Source: Armatimonadota bacterium (GTDB lineage Bacteria; Sysuimicrobiota; Sysuimicrobiia; Sysuimicrobiales; Kaftiobacteriaceae). Taken from it: DNA of 52,700 nucleotides. Shown in pieces: positions 49,971-52,700 of the stretch. Each line of letters starts with the position of its first letter. Positions within the stretch are counted from its first letter, which is position 1. The notes beneath the pieces were generated by a model. The model had not been told where the DNA came from and did not search any database. It saw only the letters and a list, made by a program, of their open reading frames with translations. Position numbers and translations under genes: made by a program. The stretch spans positions 1 to 52,700 of the forward strand of contig JAHZOA010000004.1 of assembly GCA_020028455.1 (NCBI GenBank), read 5' to 3'.

Positions 49971-51240
49971 TCCGGACCGCCTCGCGGCCGAGACGCTGGA
50001 GAAATACGGACGTTTCGTCAACGCCGGCCTCCAACGCCTCTACCGCTTCGCCAACGTCTCCACCGTGGAGTGGGAAGCGCGGGGCGCCGTGATCCACGAT
50101 GCTCACGGCAAGGAGTATCTCGACTGCTCCGGCGGGCCCGCGATCTTCAACGTTGGCCATCGGCACCCCAAGGTCGTCGCGGCCGTGAAAGAACAACTCG
50201 ATCGTATGCCGATGTCCGTCCGCGCCCTGCCGCGCCACCTGGAGGCAGAGCTTGCCGAGCTTCTTGCAGAGATCACGCCGGGGGACCTGCAGTACACCTT
50301 CTTCTGCAACAGTGGCGCCGAGGCCAATGAGGGCGCACTGAAGCTCGCGAGGCTTGTCACCAAGCGCGCAGAGATCATCGGAACGACCGGGGCGTTTCAC
50401 GGGAAGACGATGGGCGCGCTGTCTGCGTCAGGCCGCGATACCTACAAGACTCCGTTTGAACCACTCGTGCCGGGGTTCCGGCACGTGGCCTTCGGCAACC
50501 TCGACGCGATGGCCTCGGCGGTCAGTGCGCGGACCGCAGCCGTCATCCTGGAACCGATCCAGGGCGAGGGCGGGGTCGTCATCCCGCCCGACGGGTATCT
50601 TCCAGGGGTGCGCCGCATCTGCGATCGTCATGGAGCACTGCTCATCGTCGACGAAGTGCAGACCGGTCTCGGCCGGACAGGCAAAATGTTCGCCTGCGAA
50701 CATTGGGGTGTCACGCCCGACATCATGACCATGGCGAAGGCACTCGGCGGTGGCGTCGTTCCGATCGGAGCGTTTACCGGTCGGCCGCACTTGTGGAAAG
50801 CGCTCGAGCAGAACCCGTATCTGCACTCCACGACCTTCGGTGGGAACCCGCTGGCGTGCGCCGCTGGCATCGCCACCATCAACGTGATTCTCGAAGAGCG
50901 TCTCGTCGAGCGGGCGGCAGAGTTGGGGACATATTTCTTGGAGCGGCTGCGCCCTGTGGCACGGCGACATTCCCGGTTCGTAAAAGACGTCCGCGGAAAG
51001 GGACTGCTCATCGGCATGGAATTCACCGATCCCGACCTCGTGCTGTTGGTGACGGCCGAGGCGCTGACGCGGGGCGTGATCGTTTTCTACAGTTTGAACA
51101 AGCCGGAGACATTTCGCATCGCTCCGCCACTCATCATCAGCCGTGAGCAAATTGACCGCGCCGTGGCGGTTCTCGACGAGTCGGTCGCGGTCGCCGGCGC
51201 ATTGGTCGATCAGGTGGAACAAAAGGCAGAAACGCGGTAG
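49957..51240 (+). CDS. Class-III PLP aminotransferase (acetylornithine/putrescine/GABA aminotransferase type)
   Basis: FFCNSGAEANEGALKLAR, DEVQTGLGRTGKMFA and the Schiff-base Lys in TMAKALGGG. Confidence 0.88.
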   Translation: MLPDNPDRLAAETLEKYGRFVNAGLQRLYRFANVSTVEWEARGAVIHDAHGKEYLDCSGGPAIFNVGHRHPKVVAAVKEQLDRMPMSVRALPRHLEAELAELLAEITPGDLQYTFFCNSGAEANEGALKLARLVTKRAEIIGTTGAFHGKTMGALSASGRDTYKTPFEPLVPGFRHVAFGNLDAMASAVSARTAAVILEPIQGEGGVVIPPDGYLPGVRRICDRHGALLIVDEVQTGLGRTGKMFACEHWGVTPDIMTMAKALGGGVVPIGAFTGRPHLWKALEQNPYLHSTTFGGNPLACAAGIATINVILEERLVERAAELGTYFLERLRPVARRHSRFVKDVRGKGLLIGMEFTDPDLVLLVTAEALTRGVIVFYSLNKPETFRIAPPLIISREQIDRAVAVLDESVAVAGALVDQVEQKAETR

Positions 51241-51258
51241 ACTACCGATAGATTTGAC

Positions 51259-51421
51259 GCGATGATGGGACTCGCCACCCCGGAGCGGCACGGTTCCTAC
51301 CGATATCGGGAACAAGCGCTGGTTGTCGCGTTAGCGCGTTGCCGCGTAACCGCGTCAGCCGGAAAATGGGTGGTACCGCGGGAGGATACCTCTCGTCCCT
51401 GTGACGAGGGGTTCTTGTTTT
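51259..51421 (+). promoter_or_regulatory. T-box riboswitch with ultrashort Stem I, specifier GCC (Ala), upstream of alaS
   Basis: K-turn GCGAUGA/GAGC. 4-bp helix closing a 9-nt loop ACUCGCCAC (GCC at 51274-51276, followed by A). T-box AAAAUGGGUGGUACCGCG at 51363-51380. Terminator CCUCUCGUC/GACGAGGGG plus UUCUUGUUUU at 51389-51421. Confidence 0.8.
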
Positions 51422-51422
51422 C

Positions 51423-52700
51423 ATGATGACCTGGAAGCAGACGGCTGATGAGTTCCTCGAGTTCTTCCGAGGGCACGGGCATACGATCGTGCCCAGCGCC
51501 TCGCTTGTACCGGCGAACGACCCGACACTGCTGTTCACTAACGCGGGAATGGTGCAGTTCAAAGACACCTTCCTGGGTGTGGAACGGCGGCCATATGTGC
51601 GCGCGGCGACGTTACAGAAGATCATGCGCGTTCAGGGCAAACACAACGATCTGGAGAACGTTGGGCCGAGCCCGTGGCACCATACGTTCTTCTTCATGCT
51701 CGGCAACTTCAGCTTCGGGGATTACTTCAAAGACGACGCGATTGCATACGCGTGGGAGTTGATGACCCGCCGCTATGCAATTGAACGCGACCGTCTCGTG
51801 ATCACCGTGTTGCAGGGTGATGATGAGGCCGAAGGCGCATGGCGGAAGCTCGGTATTCCGACGGAACGCCTCCTGCTTCTGGGAGAGAAAACGAACTTCT
51901 GGATGATGGGCGATGTGGGTCCGTGCGGGCCAACCTCGGAGCTGCACTTTGACTGGGGATCCGAATACTGTACCTGCAAACAACCCGATTGCAGCGTCGC
52001 CTTGGACAACGGGTGTCTGCGGTGGCTCGAGACGTGGAACCTGGTCTTCATGCAGTTCGACCAGCGCCCGGACGGCACACGCGTGCGACTACCGAAGCCG
52101 GGCGTTGATACGGGTATGGGGTTGGAACGTATTACATCTGTCCTCCAGGGCGTTCATGATGATTACCGCACTGACATCTTTGATCCTCTCATGGGGCGGG
52201 TGAGAGATCTCGTCGGCGATCAGACCGTGCCTGCCCGCGTGATGGCCGACCACTCTCGGGCGATGACTTTCCTGATGGCGGACGGAATTGTGCCGGGCAA
52301 CGAAGGGCGTGGATACGTCCTGCGGATGATCATGCGGCGGGCCATGCGATTCGCGCGCAGCACAGGGGTGACGAAGCCGTTTCTTGGAGATCTAGCCGAC
52401 GTGGTGATCGGACAGATGGGGAACGCGTTTCCTGAGCTGGAACGCCAACGGTCATTCATTATGGACGCCGCACGGGCCGAAGAAACCCGCTTCGCCCAAA
52501 CCCTCACCTATGGACTCACGCGTCTGGAGGAAGTTATCGCAACGGTGCGCAGCCGTGGCGAGAGCGTGGTACCCGGCGACGACGTCTTCCGCCTTTATGA
52601 CACGTTCGGATTTCCATTCGAGATGACCCGCGACATCGCCGGTGAGCACGGACTCGAAATTGACGAAGCTGGATTTGCTGCGGCCATGGAATCGCAACGT
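51423..52700 (+). CDS. alaS: Alanyl-tRNA synthetase (5' part; continues past window end)
   Basis: MMTWKQTADEFLEFFRGHGHTIVPSASLVPANDPTLLFTNAGMVQFKD is the canonical AlaRS N-terminus. The frame stays open to base 52700 and is absent from the ORF track because it has no stop. Confidence 0.95.
   Translation, partial: MMTWKQTADEFLEFFRGHGHTIVPSASLVPANDPTLLFTNAGMVQFKDTFLGVERRPYVRAATLQKIMRVQGKHNDLENVGPSPWHHTFFFMLGNFSFGDYFKDDAIAYAWELMTRRYAIERDRLVITVLQGDDEAEGAWRKLGIPTERLLLLGEKTNFWMMGDVGPCGPTSELHFDWGSEYCTCKQPDCSVALDNGCLRWLETWNLVFMQFDQRPDGTRVRLPKPGVDTGMGLERITSVLQGVHDDYRTDIFDPLMGRVRDLVGDQTVPARVMADHSRAMTFLMADGIVPGNEGRGYVLRMIMRRAMRFARSTGVTKPFLGDLADVVIGQMGNAFPELERQRSFIMDAARAEETRFAQTLTYGLTRLEEVIATVRSRGESVVPGDDVFRLYDTFGFPFEMTRDIAGEHGLEIDEAGFAAAMESQR

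Noticed and set aside
51254-51259. TTGACG as the -35 box of an alaS-leader promoter
   Set aside because: It abuts the GCGAUGA K-turn, so a transcript initiated about 35 nt downstream would lack Stem I. The leader promoter is therefore unassigned and may lie within, or be shared with, the upstream aminotransferase gene.
50428-51315. 295-aa minus-strand ORF opposite the aminotransferase
   Set aside because: It is antisense to a class-III aminotransferase with a clear PLP-lysine motif.

Overview
GC-rich bacterial chromosomal segment. I found no rRNA, CRISPR array, transposase or integrase. Housekeeping operons dominate, in a Firmicutes/Chloroflexi-like order. From left to right: a partial cytochrome b-FeS/MvhD/cupredoxin redox module; polyprenyl synthase; tatA-tatC; radC-mreBCD-mrdA-rodA; rng; rplU-rpmA-obg-nadD-rsfS; a Leu-specific T-box leader followed by ilvE and two tandem leuS genes; a SigB-type partner-switching module; comEA; an ECF sigma/anti-sigma/RseB-like trio; a pdaD-speE-speB polyamine operon; a Liv-type ABC transporter with two CoA ligases; rpsU; the 5' part of alaS behind a second T-box. 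Most long antisense ORFs in the track are GC-driven shadows of these genes. Three things deserve follow-up. (1) A second leucyl-tRNA synthetase sits directly behind the normal one. It has the whole CP1 editing domain cleanly missing and HIGH degenerated to SVGH. (2) The Leu T-box leader in front of ilvE-leuS-leuS2 carries a complete tRNA-Ala(GGC) gene and a repeat hairpin between Stem I and the antiterminator. (3) A dense family of about 75-135-nt hairpins (about a dozen copies or fragments) has arms that are themselves 3-5 tandem copies of a 7-9-nt unit. The architecture is conserved while the unit sequence differs from locus to locus. These elements fill most larger intergenic gaps. One sits in frame inside leuS and one supplies the stop codon of an acyl-CoA ligase. 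All coordinates were derived by hand from the sequence, no database search was run, and family names come from motif recognition only.
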